From Draconibacterium sp. (lineage in GTDB: Bacteria > Bacteroidota > Bacteroidia > Bacteroidales > Prolixibacteraceae), in NCBI GenBank assembly GCA_035467235.1, contig DATITY010000612.1, forward strand, positions 1-59,820: 59,820 bases of DNA, written 5' to 3'. The translations under genes were made by a program, and so were the position numbers. The notes below the pieces were generated by a model, which saw only the letters and a program-made list of their open reading frames with translations, made no database searches and was not told where the DNA came from. How positions within the stretch are numbered: the first letter of the stretch is position 1; each line of letters begins with the position of its first letter. Positions 58,505-59,820 of the stretch are shown here, one piece after another.

Positions 58505-59820
58505 TTATTTGGTGGTAGCTTAATCATTATTTTGGGGTTTTTGAACTTTTCAAACAATACTGTCTCTGATTACGACCTTCAACAACTCCTCTCCAAAACC
58601 AACCTCTTCAACCTTCGTTTTCCGCAGGAGCGGGTTTATCTGCACCTCGACAGGCAATCGTACTGGGCTAACGAGGATATCTGGTTTAAGGCGTATGTAA
58701 AAAACTCGCCCATTAACGAGGGCAATCTGTATATCGAAATCATCAACGCTTCGGGCAATGTGGTGAATAAAAATATTGCCTGGGTGCAAAACGGCCTGGC
58801 GTATGGCGACTTTCATCTGGCCGACACACTTTCCAGCGGAGTTTACCAGGTTCGGGCGTACACCAACTGGATGCGAAATTTCGACGAGGCGTGGTTCTTT
58901 CGCAAGGATTTGGTAATCTGGAACGCACGCGACAAGAAAATTGAAAGTGAACCTGTGAAACTGCGACAGCGTGATATTGATTTACAGTTTTTCCCCGAAG
59001 GCGGAACTTTTGTTGCCGGGGTAAAAAACAGGATTGCTTTTAAAGCCACCGATAAACAGGGAAAAGGAATTGATTTTGAAGGATCAATTGTTGACGAGTC
59101 GGGCAACAAAGTCGCTGAAATCAAAAGCAATTACAAGGGAATCGGCAGTTTTGTTTTTGAGCCCGAAAGCGGGAAAAAATACACTGCCGAAGCTGTTTTT
59201 GCCGGAAATGTAGAGAAACAAACTGACCTCCCGAAACCGCAAAACGAGGGAGTTCTTTTGTCGGTTAACGCTTTGGATGCTGCAAAAATCGGGATTCAGG
59301 TACTTGAAAAATCATCAAAACAGGAAACCTGGTTTCTGGTTGCTCAAAGCGGCGGAGAGATTTTTTATCATACAAAAATTGCTACCGCTAACGGAACAAG
59401 TAACCTCGAACTGGATAAAACAAAACTTCCGGGCGGGATTTTGAAATTCACTTTGTTCAGTTCCAACTTGGTTCCGGTTTGTGAGCGACTGGTTTTTAAC
59501 AATTACGTGGATGTTGTAAATCTTATAATTAAGCCCGACAAACCGGATTATAAACAGCGGGAAAAAGTAAAAATTGGTGTAGCTGCCATAACCGGCGGCG
59601 GATAACCCTGCGAAGCCAATCTTTCGATGTCGGTTTACAACGTTGCAGCCCAGTTAAAAGAGAACGAATTTGCCAACAATATTTTCACCCATTTTTTGCT
59701 CAGTTCCGAGTTAAAAGGAAACATTGAAAACCCGGCTTATTATTTTAAAGACGATAGTTTAACAACTCAGCTCGCTCTTGATAATCTGATGTTGACCCAC
59801 GGTTACCGGGAGTTTGAGTG
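58505..59820 (+). pseudogene. Disrupted large Bacteroidota MG2-domain/outer-membrane-associated protein (5' end cut by IS, internal TAA; runs off window)
   Basis: Frame opens right at the IS end inside a signal-like segment (LFGGSLIIILG); ERVYLHLDR, RAYTNWMRN, FFPEGG; after TAA 59603-59605 the same frame continues PCEANLSMSV..LLSSELKGNIENPAYYF..LDNLMLTHGYR. Confidence 0.8.

Noticed and set aside
307-59130. Numerous 60-185 aa ORFs antisense to or nested in the long genes
   Set aside because: They are shadow frames of well-supported CDSs with no motifs of their own.

Overview
About 60 kb of AT-rich Bacteroidota chromosome. Gene content, TAnnTTTG promoters and T9SS-related genes suggest a Bacteroidales/Marinilabiliales (Prolixibacteraceae-like) organism; this assignment is an inference. 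The window is mostly housekeeping (prfC, ilvC, rsgA, dapB-lepB, floA-nfeD-clpS, bcp-recA, thrA-apgM-thrC, sigma70-rpe, feoAB, tRNA-Arg) plus the edge of a rhamnose/pectin-type CAZyme cluster (1-6310). Standouts: (i) a RAYT-type HUH/Y1 nuclease gene (31224-31835) inside a two-sided array of 14 alternating inverted 11-bp repeats separated by five shuffled, re-used spacer modules (30953-32171); (ii) a Tat-exported GMC sugar dehydrogenase operon coupled to a nine-heme cytochrome c (19517-22931); (iii) a tRNA-Arg followed by an IS5-family element with non-matching target sites that cuts off the start of a gene also carrying a premature stop; (iv) features missing from the ORF track: a partial SGNH gene, a 59-aa ORF, a decayed CstA-like remnant, and several short repeat families at gene ends. 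All functional calls come from motif recognition by eye, not database searches.
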